NCBI GenBank assembly: GCA_964583395.1
Contig: CAZOVM010000005.1
Span: forward strand, 7,184-71,183
DNA length: 64,000 bases
Source of the DNA: an uncultured Pedobacter sp.
Lineage (GTDB): Bacteria; Bacteroidota; Bacteroidia; Sphingobacteriales; Sphingobacteriaceae
Direction of reading: 5' to 3'
Below, one piece after another: positions 51,304 through 61,273 of the stretch (the stretch's first letter is position 1; each line of letters begins with the position of its first letter). The position numbers and the translations under genes are program-made. Under the pieces are notes generated by a model. That model worked only from the letters and a program-made list of their open reading frames with translations, did no database searches and had not been told where the DNA came from.

Positions 51304-51535
51304 AAAAAGGGAAAAGCTAAGAGCAAGAGTTATGAACGTTAAAATACCAAATCGGCGAAAACTATTAACTAAATATACATCGGAATTCTGGAAGTCCATT
51401 TTAAAAGGAAAATAACTAAGCGGAAGTTGGAAAACCATTAAGCATTAAACTCGCTCCCAGTCTAACCTTTGTTAAACAAACCTACATCCTATCATATAAA
51501 TGACATAAAAAATGCACTTATAAAGCACATTATCT

Positions 51536-51543
51536 TATCTTTG
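51536..51543 (+). promoter_or_regulatory. -7 promoter element for pruA
   Basis: TATCTTTG, 19 bp before the ATG. Confidence 0.6.
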
Positions 51544-51562
51544 TGCTTTAAAATTTTCAACT

Positions 51563-53194
51563 ATGTTAAAAGGTTTTTTCAATGTACCAACACCGGTTAA
51601 TGAACCGATAAATAGCTATGCTCCTGGAACTAAAGAGCGTGAATTATTACAAGCTGCACTTAGAGAGGCTAGATCTCAAGAATTAGACATTCCTATGTAT
51701 ATTGGGGGTAAGGAAATCCGCACTGCAAACAAGGCTACATTAACGCCACCTCATGACCACAAACACATTTTAGGCACTTATAGCAAGGGTGAGAAAAAAC
51801 ATGTTGAAGATGCAATTAAAGCCGCTTTAGAAGCTAAATCTGACTGGGAAAACTTAGCCTGGGAACACAGAGCCGCAATTTTTTTAAAAGCAGCTGATTT
51901 ATTAGCTGGTCCATATAGATATAAAATAAATGCCGCAACAATGCTGGGACAAAGCAAAAATGCTTACCAAGCAGAAATTGATGCAGCATGTGAATTTATA
52001 GACTTCCTTCGTTTTAACGTAGCATATATGGCAGAAATTTATCAGCAACAACCTCCTGTTTCTCCAAGAGGAAGTTGGAATAGAGTGGAACAGCGTCCAT
52101 TGGAAGGATTTGTATTCGCTCTTACACCATTTAATTTTACTGCTATTGCTGGAAATCTACCTTCTTCGGCTGCAATGATGGGCAATGTGGTTGTTTGGAA
52201 ACCTTCGAACACTCAAATTTATGCTGCAAATGTAATTATGCAAGTATTTAAAGAGGCTGGATTACCAGACGGAGTAATTAACTTAGTTTATGCTTCAGGA
52301 CCTGACGCAGGAGATGTAATTTTCTCTCATCCTGATTTTGCTGGTATTCACTTTACAGGTTCAACGGGAGTTTTCCAGGACATTTGGAAAACTATTGGAA
52401 ATAACATCCATAAATTCAAAACCTACCCGCGCATTGTAGGAGAAACTGGCGGAAAAGATTTCATTCTGGTTCATGGTTCTGCTAATGCTCAGGTATCTTC
52501 TACCGCTATATTAAGAGGCGCATTCGAATATCAAGGACAAAAATGTTCTGCTGCTTCTAGAGTTTATATTGCGAAAAGCATATGGCCTGCTATTAAAGAG
52601 CAGCTAACAACAGATTTAGCTACTTTAAAAATGGGGCCTACCGAAGATTTCTCTAACTTTATAAATGCAGTAATTGACGAAAAATCATTTGATAATATTG
52701 CAAAATATATTGATCAGGCTAAAAAAGATGCAGGTGTTGAAATCGTTGCTGGTGGTAATTATGACAAGTCTAAAGGATATTTCATTGAACCAACTGTTAT
52801 CGTTGCAAACGATCCAAAATACATTACGATGTGTGAAGAATTATTTGGACCGGTATTAACAGTGTTCATTTATGATGACAATAAATTTGACGAAGTATTA
52901 GACATTATAGACTCTACTTCTATTTATGCCTTAACCGGAGCTGTGATATCGCAGGATCGATATACAATTGAAAAAGCGACTCAGCGTTTAAGAAATGCAG
53001 CAGGGAATTTCTACATCAACGATAAATGTACAGGTGCAGTTGTAGGTCAACAGCCTTTTGGCGGAGCCAGAGGTTCTGGTACAAATGACAAAGCAGGTTC
53101 TATGATTAATTTACTACGTTGGGTATCTCCACGTACAATTAAAGAAACATTTGATCCACCTAAAGATTATCGCTATCCTTTTTTAGCAGAATAA
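51563..53194 (+). CDS. pruA: 1-pyrroline-5-carboxylate (L-glutamate gamma-semialdehyde) dehydrogenase
   Basis: NEPINSYAPG, TPFNF, FTGS, GETGGKD, FEYQGQKCSAASR, EELFGP, QQPFGG.R.SGTNDK. Confidence 0.96.
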   Translation: MLKGFFNVPTPVNEPINSYAPGTKERELLQAALREARSQELDIPMYIGGKEIRTANKATLTPPHDHKHILGTYSKGEKKHVEDAIKAALEAKSDWENLAWEHRAAIFLKAADLLAGPYRYKINAATMLGQSKNAYQAEIDAACEFIDFLRFNVAYMAEIYQQQPPVSPRGSWNRVEQRPLEGFVFALTPFNFTAIAGNLPSSAAMMGNVVVWKPSNTQIYAANVIMQVFKEAGLPDGVINLVYASGPDAGDVIFSHPDFAGIHFTGSTGVFQDIWKTIGNNIHKFKTYPRIVGETGGKDFILVHGSANAQVSSTAILRGAFEYQGQKCSAASRVYIAKSIWPAIKEQLTTDLATLKMGPTEDFSNFINAVIDEKSFDNIAKYIDQAKKDAGVEIVAGGNYDKSKGYFIEPTVIVANDPKYITMCEELFGPVLTVFIYDDNKFDEVLDIIDSTSIYALTGAVISQDRYTIEKATQRLRNAAGNFYINDKCTGAVVGQQPFGGARGSGTNDKAGSMINLLRWVSPRTIKETFDPPKDYRYPFLAE

Positions 53195-53214
53195 TATTAA
53201 AAAAGCAAACCAAG

Positions 53215-53249
53215 AAAAAAGCCCTCAAAGTATTTTGAGGGCTTTTTTT
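53215..53249. terminator. Bidirectional intrinsic terminator
   Basis: AAAAAAGCCCTCAAA-GTAT-TTTGAGGGCTTTTTT. Confidence 0.88.
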
Positions 53250-53344
53250 ATTGGTTATTAACAACCATTTTATTTTTGTTGAAGAAAGTTCAAAACTGAG
53301 CTCAAACTTTCTAACTCAAACGGGGTTTAAATGATTTTAAAATA

Positions 53345-53980
53345 CTATAGCCAGCTTACAACACCAGTTTCGACGTTGTAATTTGCACCTACTATTTTTA
53401 TTTTCCCATCTTTTTCCATTTGATTTAAAGTAGTACTTTGGCTACGTATATCTTCTATAGTTTGTTTTACATTTTGCAAATTCAATCTTTCCAATAAATC
53501 ACTATTTTTAGATGAACGCTCTTCTCCTTCAATAAGAATTTCATCAATAATTGGATTAAAATGATCTACTAGGTGGATAAGATTTTCCATCCCGGTTTCT
53601 CGAATTGCACTAGAATCTAGTCCTCCTTTTAAAGCACCGCATTTTGAGTGTCCTAAAACAACAACCAATTTAGATCCTGCAACATTACAGCCAAACTCCA
53701 TAGAACCCAAGATGTCTTGGTTTACAAAATTTCCAGCAATTCTCACGCTAAAAATATCTCCTAACCCTTGATCAAAAATCAACTCAGCAGATGTACGGCT
53801 ATCTATGCAACTTAATATTACAGCAAATGGCCACTGTCCTGCTCTTGTATCATTTACTTGGGCTAATAAATCTCTATTGGCTTTTAAATTCTGCACAAAT
53901 CTTTCATTACCTTCTTTTAAGATTTCAAATGCTCTTTCAGGAGTAATTGTAGTTTGTGTTTCTAACGTATGTGCCTTCAT
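53345..53980 (-). CDS. Beta-class carbonic anhydrase
   Basis: CIDSR, DQGLGDIF..RIAGN, GHSKCGA zinc ligands; ATG 53980 preferred. Confidence 0.95.
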   Translation of the reverse strand: MKAHTLETQTTITPERAFEILKEGNERFVQNLKANRDLLAQVNDTRAGQWPFAVILSCIDSRTSAELIFDQGLGDIFSVRIAGNFVNQDILGSMEFGCNVAGSKLVVVLGHSKCGALKGGLDSSAIRETGMENLIHLVDHFNPIIDEILIEGEERSSKNSDLLERLNLQNVKQTIEDIRSQSTTLNQMEKDGKIKIVGANYNVETGVVSWL

Positions 53981-53984
53981 ATTC

Positions 53985-55586
53985 TTAATTTTTAATTTGG
54001 TCTTCAATTTTTGTATTTAATTTTGGCACATTATACTGTTTGTCAATGTGCTCTAAAGTTACAATAATTCCTTTAGTAATAGCATTATGTTTGTAATTGA
54101 AAATAGCTTCTAATACATCAGGGTCAATGTATTTAGATGAAGAGCCATCTATCACAACATTCGTTTCTTTAGGTATTTTATTAAAAATAACCTGAATAGC
54201 TGCTTTATTTAAAAATGTAACTTCTTCTGCAAGCTTTATTCTTAATTGTTTATTTTCTTTTTCTTCTATTACTCTGTAGAAGAATGGATTTCTCATACTT
54301 ATTCTTAATAAATAGAAAATAGAAATAAGAACGCCGATTGCAACTCCTTTTAATAAATCCGTTAATAAAATAGCTACAATTGTTACCACAAAAGGTACAA
54401 ATTGATCCCAGCCTTTGTGGTACATATGTTTAAACAAAGCAATGCGGGCAAGTTTATAACCTGTCACTAATAAAATGGCCGCTAAACATGCTAGAGGTAT
54501 CATATTAATAAGTGTTGGAATAAACAAAAGAGAAAGCAATAACCACGCACCATGGAATATTGATGACATTTTCGTTTTACCACCCGCATTTACATTTGCC
54601 GAACTTCTAACGATTACAGATGTCATAGGCAATCCACCTAATAATCCGCTCGTCATATTACCAAAACCTTGGGCTACAAGCTCTCTATTTGTAGGACTCA
54701 CCCTTTTTATTGGGTCTATTTTATCAACAGCTTCAATACTTAATAAAGTTTCTAAACTTGCTACAATTGCTATTGTTCCTGCAACCACCCATACATCGCT
54801 GTTACCTATAGCAGAGAAATCGGGGAATTGAAGTAATCCTGTTAATTCACTCCAGCCTCCTATAACAGGAATATTAACCATGTGACTTGCACCTAATTCA
54901 TAAGCCGTTCCCTTAAACGCTAAAGCAATAACCACCCCACACACAACCACCATTAAAGGAGCAGGAATTAGCTTAAACATTTTAATTTTCGGCCATAATA
55001 TAAGTAAGGCGATTGAAACAACACTTACAATAACTGCAGCCAATCCAACATTGCTAAAGGCATTTATAAACCCTCCAATAACACTACCACTGTCGGTAGA
55101 CATAATTTCGTCTGTAAAATGAGCAGAGTCTACGCCCAAAGCATGTGGCAATTGCTTTAATATTAACATTAAACCAATAGCAGCCAACATCCCTTCAATT
55201 ACGCTCGACGGAAAATAATTACCAATAGTTCCGGCTTTTACCATCCCCAGTATTAACTGAAAAACACCTGCTAGAACTACGGCTAATAAGAAAATTTGAT
55301 AGCTACCTAATTGAGCAATAGAGCCTAAAACGATAACCGTTAATCCTGCTGCCGGACCTGTCACACTTAATTGCGATCCACTAATAGACGCTACAACAGT
55401 TCCCCCTACTATACCGGCAATAAGACCCGCAAACAATGGAGCACCAGAGGCCAATGCAATACCTAAACATAAAGGTAAAGCAACTAAAAACACAACCAAA
55501 CTGGCTGGCAAATCTTTCTTTAAATTCTTCTTAAGAATATATCTTTTCGCATCGAGCCTAGAGCGGTTCGAATTTCTATTTATCAT
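53985..55586 (-). CDS. SulP/SLC26 anion (likely bicarbonate) transporter with short STAS-like C-terminus
   Basis: VALPLCLGIALASG, GPAAG, ETLLS, ELVAQG.GN, SVIVRSSAN; 4 bp upstream of the beta-CA. Confidence 0.93.
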   Translation of the reverse strand: MINRNSNRSRLDAKRYILKKNLKKDLPASLVVFLVALPLCLGIALASGAPLFAGLIAGIVGGTVVASISGSQLSVTGPAAGLTVIVLGSIAQLGSYQIFLLAVVLAGVFQLILGMVKAGTIGNYFPSSVIEGMLAAIGLMLILKQLPHALGVDSAHFTDEIMSTDSGSVIGGFINAFSNVGLAAVIVSVVSIALLILWPKIKMFKLIPAPLMVVVCGVVIALAFKGTAYELGASHMVNIPVIGGWSELTGLLQFPDFSAIGNSDVWVVAGTIAIVASLETLLSIEAVDKIDPIKRVSPTNRELVAQGFGNMTSGLLGGLPMTSVIVRSSANVNAGGKTKMSSIFHGAWLLLSLLFIPTLINMIPLACLAAILLVTGYKLARIALFKHMYHKGWDQFVPFVVTIVAILLTDLLKGVAIGVLISIFYLLRISMRNPFFYRVIEEKENKQLRIKLAEEVTFLNKAAIQVIFNKIPKETNVVIDGSSSKYIDPDVLEAIFNYKHNAITKGIIVTLEHIDKQYNVPKLNTKIEDQIKN

Positions 55587-55725
55587 AAAATTTTATATAA
55601 ATTATCCTGTACAACCACCTAAAATGGAGGTCGCAAAAAACAATGCATTCGTAAATATTTATTTACTTAGTTAGTGTGGTCTACACACTGTTGAAAGGTC
55701 ACCAAAATTTTTTGGTGATATAATT

Positions 55726-56061
55726 TTACGAGAAATTAGGAGGAGGGGTTGGAACTGATGGATGATAAGGATCCAAATATCTCTTAGAATGTTCTATAAA
55801 ACTATTGTTTAAAGCATACCCTTTAACAATAGGACTAAATGTATAAGTAGAACTGCAGAATAACTTAGTCTCAACAAGCTTAACGCCTGATTTACCAGAA
55901 TCTTTCTCGCCGTGTTCAACTTCTAATTGCATAATAACGCTATTCATCATAACGCTATCAAATTTCAAAGAAAATGCGGGTGCAATAGAAATTATCATTT
56001 TTGCTGTAAAAATGCCTACAAACAGAAAAACTATAAAATTTCTTATTTTCTTTGACTTCAT
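55726..56061 (-). CDS. 111-aa membrane-anchored upstream ORF ending in HPSVPTPPPNFS (candidate leader/arrest peptide)
   Basis: N-terminal hydrophobic segment, Pro-rich C-terminus; -7 element TACTTTTG at 56077-56084 (minus strand) directly upstream. Confidence 0.75.
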   Translation of the reverse strand: MKSKKIRNFIVFLFVGIFTAKMIISIAPAFSLKFDSVMMNSVIMQLEVEHGEKDSGKSGVKLVETKLFCSSTYTFSPIVKGYALNNSFIEHSKRYLDPYHPSVPTPPPNFS

Positions 56062-56215
56062 ATATTTTATTAACTACAAAAGTACTTCCTAAATACAGAA
56101 AAACGAACCTTTGTTTTTAATTTTTTTGTCATTTATTTAATACGTTACCTAAAATAGCCATAGCTAAAATAAAAAATGAGCTTATTAATTATATTAAATA
56201 GCTTAAATTTATGCC

Positions 56216-57466
56216 ATGAATAACGTACTGAACAAATCAGGCATTTTTTTCTTGTTTTTATTTTTGCCGACAATTATGTTGGCCCAAAATAACAACTTAC
56301 CATCTTCTAAAGAAGAACATGAACTAACAATTACTGGTTATCTTCAAACTCAATATCAACGTGCTCAATCTCCAGGAGTAGTTACATTCTCCGGAGGTGA
56401 TTTTGGAAAAGATTCTAGAGAACGATTTATGATTAGAAGAGGAAGACTTAAAATAGACAGAGTAGATAAATTCACAAATGTTGTTTTTCAATTAGATGGA
56501 ACTCAAAACGGTGTTCAGTTAATGGATGCGTTTATTCAGGTTCATGATCCGAACAGAAAAGAGTTCACTTTAACTGCGGGCTTATTTAACAGACCATTTG
56601 GTTATTCTATCGTTTATTCTTCAGGATATAGAGATTATCCGGAGCGTGCTCGCGTATTTCAAACGCTTATGCCTAGGGAAAGAGATCTTGGAGCCATGTT
56701 AGGTTATAACCCGTTGGGTAAACTAAACTTTTTAACCGCCGAATTTGCTGTAATTAATGGCAGTGGAATAAGTGCAAGAGATTACGACTCAAAAAAAGAT
56801 ATAGTGGGTAGCTTAAGCTTTAAATTTGATAGCCTAGCTTTCAATAAATTGGGCATCGGATTTGGAGGCTCTTTCTATCAAGGTCACGTAAGAAATAATA
56901 CACAAACAATATACAGGAGTGCAAAAGGTGGATACCGTGCAGATATTGATCCAAATAACGAAGGGGCTTTTGGTGCACGTAATTACTATGGCGTAAATCT
57001 ACAACTAGAATATAAAACATCTATTGGCTTGGCTTCTTTTAAAACAGAGTATGTAGCAGGCACTCAACCGGGTGTAGAAGGCACATCCAGTATTAAAGGT
57101 CCTACCTCTTCCATGAGCTTTACAACCCAACCTTTAACATCCTTATATGTAAGACCCTTTAATGGATACTACTTTTGGGTTGGACAAGAATTATGGAAAA
57201 CCAGATTAACAGCCATTTTAGCCTATGATGTTTACGATGCTAATACGGATGTTAAAGGTTTAGAAATTGGAAGAGCAGGGAGTAACACCAACTCAGGAGA
57301 TATAAAATATGCCACTTTGGGATATGGCCTAACTTATGATTTGAGCAAACAAATTAAATTAACTTTGTATAACGAACACATTAAGAACGAAAATACCTTA
57401 GTACCCGAATATACAAATGATATAAAGGACAATGTATTTACCACGCGCTTACAATATAGATGGTAG
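56216..57466 (+). CDS. Anion-selective porin (OprO/OprP-like)
   Basis: Signal peptide, [26 protein letters not shown]...D.DSKKD, C-terminal RLQYRW. Confidence 0.75.
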   Translation: MNNVLNKSGIFFLFLFLPTIMLAQNNNLPSSKEEHELTITGYLQTQYQRAQSPGVVTFSGGDFGKDSRERFMIRRGRLKIDRVDKFTNVVFQLDGTQNGVQLMDAFIQVHDPNRKEFTLTAGLFNRPFGYSIVYSSGYRDYPERARVFQTLMPRERDLGAMLGYNPLGKLNFLTAEFAVINGSGISARDYDSKKDIVGSLSFKFDSLAFNKLGIGFGGSFYQGHVRNNTQTIYRSAKGGYRADIDPNNEGAFGARNYYGVNLQLEYKTSIGLASFKTEYVAGTQPGVEGTSSIKGPTSSMSFTTQPLTSLYVRPFNGYYFWVGQELWKTRLTAILAYDVYDANTDVKGLEIGRAGSNTNSGDIKYATLGYGLTYDLSKQIKLTLYNEHIKNENTLVPEYTNDIKDNVFTTRLQYRW

Positions 57467-57482
57467 ATTAAACAAAATAAGA

Positions 57483-59024
57483 ATGCAAGACAAAATAGCA
57501 AAACTACACGATAAGATCAAACAGGCGGAGTTAGGCGGCGGAGCTTCAAGAATAGAAAGTCAACATAAAAAAGGAAAACTCACAGCTAGAGAACGGATCC
57601 ATTTTCTATTAGATGAAAACAGTTTCGAAGAAATCGGAATGTTTGTAACACACAGAAGTACTGATTTTGGAATGGAATCAGAAAAATATCTTGGTGACGG
57701 AGTTGTTACTGGATATGGAACCATTAATGGTCGTTTAACCTATGTGTTTTCTCAAGATTTCACTGTTTTTGGAGGCTCTTTATCAGAAACACATGCCGAA
57801 AAGATTTGCAAAATAATGGATATGGCTCTTAAAAACGGCGCACCATTAATTGGTTTAAACGATAGTGGCGGAGCGAGAATTCAGGAAGGAGTTGTATCGC
57901 TGGGGGGATATGCAGATATCTTTTATCGAAATGTTCAAGCTTCGGGTGTAATACCACAACTATCTGCAATTATGGGTCCATGTGCTGGTGGCGCAGTTTA
58001 TTCTCCCGCTATTACTGACTTTATATTAATGGTTGAAAAATCATCTTATATGTTTGTTACCGGACCAAATGTAGTTAAAACGGTTACACATGAGGAGGTC
58101 TCTTCTGAAGAATTAGGTGGTGCTCAAACGCATGCTACAAAATCTGGAGTAACACATTTTGCTTGTTCGAATGAAATCGATGCAATTAATCATCTTAAAG
58201 CTTTACTAAGCTACATGCCTCAAAATTGCGAAGAAAATGCCCCTAACATTTCTTACGATTCAGGAGATGAAACCAGAGCTGAGCTCGATACTATTTTACC
58301 ACAAAACACCACTCAACCTTACGATATACGAGAAGTAATTGAACACGTAATAGATAAAGACTCTTTTCTTGAAGTTCATGCAGGTTATGCAGAAAATATT
58401 GTTGTAGGATTCTCGAGGCTTGCCGGTCGAAGCATAGGTATAGTTGCTAATCAACCTGCCTATTTAGCCGGTGTTTTAGACAATCACGCATCCGTTAAAG
58501 CAGCAAGATTTGTTCGTTTTTGCGATGCTTTTAACATTCCATTGTTAGTTTTTGAAGATGTTCCGGGGTTTTTACCGGGAACCGACCAAGAATGGAATGG
58601 TATTATAAGCAACGGCGCTAAACTATTATATGCCTTTAGTGAAGCAACGGTACCTCGTATCACTGTAATTACCAGAAAAGCTTATGGTGGTGCATACGAT
58701 GTTATGAATAGTAAACACATTGGTGCCGACATGAATTATGCCTGGCCTTCGGCAGAAATCGCTGTAATGGGCGCAAAGGGAGCTGCAGAAATCATCTTCA
58801 AAAAGGAAATCAAAGAAGCAGAAAATCCTCAAGAAAAATGGTTAGAAAAAGAAAAATTGTACTCAGATATTTTTGCTAACCCTTACCGCGCCGCAGAAAG
58901 AGGCTTTGTAGATGAAGTAATTCAGCCAGCTCAAACCCGAGAAAAGTTAATAAAAGCATTTAAAATGCTTGAAAACAAAGTGGTAAATAATCCACGTAAA
59001 AAACACGGAAATATCCCATTATAA
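57483..59024 (+). CDS. pccB: Acyl-CoA (propionyl/methylmalonyl-CoA) carboxylase, carboxyltransferase beta subunit
   Basis: [57 protein letters not shown]; ATG 57483 preferred. Confidence 0.93.
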   Translation: MQDKIAKLHDKIKQAELGGGASRIESQHKKGKLTARERIHFLLDENSFEEIGMFVTHRSTDFGMESEKYLGDGVVTGYGTINGRLTYVFSQDFTVFGGSLSETHAEKICKIMDMALKNGAPLIGLNDSGGARIQEGVVSLGGYADIFYRNVQASGVIPQLSAIMGPCAGGAVYSPAITDFILMVEKSSYMFVTGPNVVKTVTHEEVSSEELGGAQTHATKSGVTHFACSNEIDAINHLKALLSYMPQNCEENAPNISYDSGDETRAELDTILPQNTTQPYDIREVIEHVIDKDSFLEVHAGYAENIVVGFSRLAGRSIGIVANQPAYLAGVLDNHASVKAARFVRFCDAFNIPLLVFEDVPGFLPGTDQEWNGIISNGAKLLYAFSEATVPRITVITRKAYGGAYDVMNSKHIGADMNYAWPSAEIAVMGAKGAAEIIFKKEIKEAENPQEKWLEKEKLYSDIFANPYRAAERGFVDEVIQPAQTREKLIKAFKMLENKVVNNPRKKHGNIPL

Positions 59025-59038
59025 TTAAATCACCTAAT

Positions 59039-59070
59039 AAAGCCCTGAAAAATTTTCAGGGCTTTATTTT
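59039..59070 (+). terminator. Intrinsic terminator after pccB
   Basis: AAAGCCCTGAAA / TTTCAGGGCTTT then TATTTT. Confidence 0.8.
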
Positions 59071-59098
59071 AATAGATATTTTTTGATTCTATACCGTC

Positions 59099-60289
59099 AT
59101 GTCGGCCATTATTCAACCTCCCTCTCCTACACCTTCTATATCCCGATCAAATATCATTTTCATGGCTATTTGTACGGGATTAATAGTTGCTAATATTTAT
59201 TATTGCCAACCGCTCATCATATTAATTGCTAAAGAATTTACAATTTCTGAAAGTTATGCCGGGCATTTAAACTACATCACTCAGGCTGGATACGCTACCG
59301 GTCTATTTTTACTTGTTCCGCTGGGCGATAAATTTGAGCGAAAAAATCAGATTTTAATAACAACGGCAATCTCCATTATTGCTTTAATAATGGCAGCCAT
59401 CTCTAAAAGTTTCCTTCTATTACAAATAGCTGGCTTTTTTATTGGTGCCACCTCAATTGTCCCTCAATTAATTTTGCCGTTAGCTGCTAATTTAAGTAGC
59501 GACAAAGATAGAGGGTATAACATCGGCATTATTATGAGTGGTCTCTTAATCGGTATACTAGCCTCTAGAGCAGTGAGTGGATCTATTGGTTTTCTATTGG
59601 GCTGGCGCTCCGTTTTTTGGATAGCTGGAGCTATATGTGCTATTTTATGTGTTATAATGGCCAAGCAATTCCCTAAAAGTTACCCTAGCTTTAAGGGGAA
59701 CTTTATGGGGTTATATTCAACCATGTTGGGTTATTTAAAATCACAACCCATATTAAGAGAAGCTAGCTTAATTAATTTTTTCGGTTTTGCTTTAATTAGT
59801 GCCTTTTGGACAGTTATGGTGCTCTACTTAGCCAACCCACCTTATAACTTCGAAACGCTTAGAATAGGCTTATTCGGGATTGCTGGTGCAGCTGGTGCAT
59901 TAGCGGCTCCCTTGGTTGGTAAGCTTAGCAGCAATAAAAACCCAAGAGTTAATTTAAAAACAGGCTTCATACTGCAAATTATAAGCGTTTTACTATTCAT
60001 TTTATCTGGCAACTTAATAGTATTTATAATTGGTATCATATTAATTGATATTGGTCAGCAAGCCATACATGTAACCAACCAAACAAGAATCTATTTATTA
60101 ATTCCGGCTGCAAGAAACCGTTTAAATACCGTGTTTATGTCCGTAAGTTTTATAGGTGCAAGCTGCGGTTCGGCATTAGGCATATATTTATGGGAGTTAG
60201 GCGGATGGTTTGCATTTTGTATTGGCAGCTTTGCACTGATTTTAATTAATTTTATTCTATACTATGTCTATAAAAGAAAATCAGCCTGA
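59099..60289 (+). CDS. MFS transporter
   Basis: About 12 TMs, VANIYYCQPL, TQAGYA.GL..LVPLGD..ERK. Confidence 0.92.
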   Translation: MSAIIQPPSPTPSISRSNIIFMAICTGLIVANIYYCQPLIILIAKEFTISESYAGHLNYITQAGYATGLFLLVPLGDKFERKNQILITTAISIIALIMAAISKSFLLLQIAGFFIGATSIVPQLILPLAANLSSDKDRGYNIGIIMSGLLIGILASRAVSGSIGFLLGWRSVFWIAGAICAILCVIMAKQFPKSYPSFKGNFMGLYSTMLGYLKSQPILREASLINFFGFALISAFWTVMVLYLANPPYNFETLRIGLFGIAGAAGALAAPLVGKLSSNKNPRVNLKTGFILQIISVLLFILSGNLIVFIIGIILIDIGQQAIHVTNQTRIYLLIPAARNRLNTVFMSVSFIGASCGSALGIYLWELGGWFAFCIGSFALILINFILYYVYKRKSA

Positions 60290-60695
60290 TATACAAATAG
60301 AACAAATTCCTTATTACTTAACCTGGAAAATAAGACAGGAAGTATTATATCCAGAAGAACCTATCTCGTCTGTTCAGCTGCCGGAAGACAAAGAGGGTTT
60401 ACATTTTGGGCTTTATGAAGGTCGTACATTGATTTCTGTAATATCTCTATTTGAAAAAGAACATTCTCTTCAATTTCGAAAATTTGCTACATTAAATGAA
60501 TATCAGGGCAAAGGGCTAGGAACACAACTGTTTAAGTATATTCTGGAGTACAGTAAATCTTTAAATATAAGTGAAATTTGGTGTAATGCCAGAGTAGAAG
60601 CAGCATCTTTTTATTCCAAATTTGGATTAAAAGAAAACGGCCCTCACTGGGAAGTGAAAGGCCGCTTATATAAAGCTATGAAAATTATTTTATAA
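60264..60695 (+). CDS. GNAT family acetyltransferase (YitI/ElaA-like)
   Basis: RQEVLYP, QFRKFAT..EYQGKGLG, WCNAR, FYSKFG. Confidence 0.9.
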   Translation: MSIKENQPDIQIEQIPYYLTWKIRQEVLYPEEPISSVQLPEDKEGLHFGLYEGRTLISVISLFEKEHSLQFRKFATLNEYQGKGLGTQLFKYILEYSKSLNISEIWCNARVEAASFYSKFGLKENGPHWEVKGRLYKAMKIIL

Positions 60696-60704
60696 TCAAA
60701 AATC

Positions 60705-61109
60705 TTATTGTTTTAATTTAACACCATTGGTTACATCCATAATAGGTGTTAATCCTTCACTCGGAACATATATAATCTGCGGCAAGCTTCCTTTATCAGC
60801 AATTTTCTCTAAAGTTCTAATAAAAAGGTATTGATTATAAGTAGTAGATAAAGTTCCATTTTCTACACGCATCGCTTCTGCCATCCCTCTAGCTCTTTCA
60901 ATTTCTGCCGATGCATTTAATTTTTCAGCTTCCAATCGCGCTTTCGCTTCTTCAACTAAAATTTTTCTATTTTGTTCCGCTTTCGCCATTTCTGCTTTAC
61001 CCACCATTTCTTGCTGCCATACATTATATACAGGTAAGCCATACATTAATGCTACAATTACTAAAACTACAAATAGGAAACCAGGAATTGCTAATTTAGA
61101 TACATTCAT
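60705..61109 (-). CDS. Small single-TM coiled-coil protein resembling the C-terminal half of SPFH/Band-7 proteins
   Basis: TM, PVYNVWQQ..GKAE.AKAEQNRKI..EEAKA, QIIYVPSEG.TPI. Confidence 0.6.
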   Translation of the reverse strand: MNVSKLAIPGFLFVVLVIVALMYGLPVYNVWQQEMVGKAEMAKAEQNRKILVEEAKARLEAEKLNASAEIERARGMAEAMRVENGTLSTTYNQYLFIRTLEKIADKGSLPQIIYVPSEGLTPIMDVTNGVKLKQ

Positions 61110-61273
61110 TTTACTATAATTTAAATTTGAAAAATTAATTCATGCTACTTCTAGCAAACGTTAACGGGTAAATATAATAACATAAATTAATTTCTGTGAA
61201 CAATCATAAATATTCCATTTTTTTGACACAGCTCAAATTGGTCTATCTTCGAAAATAATTTATATTTGTTTAT

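Noticed and set aside
51383-51432. Short matches (aacttccgct, gacttccagaat) to the 24-kb right-arm repeats
   Set aside because: Only 10-12-bp matches with different spacing; cannot be told from chance by eye
51208-51438. 76-aa minus-strand ORF
   Set aside because: Its C-terminal part is a translation of the GC-rich structured element; better explained as non-coding
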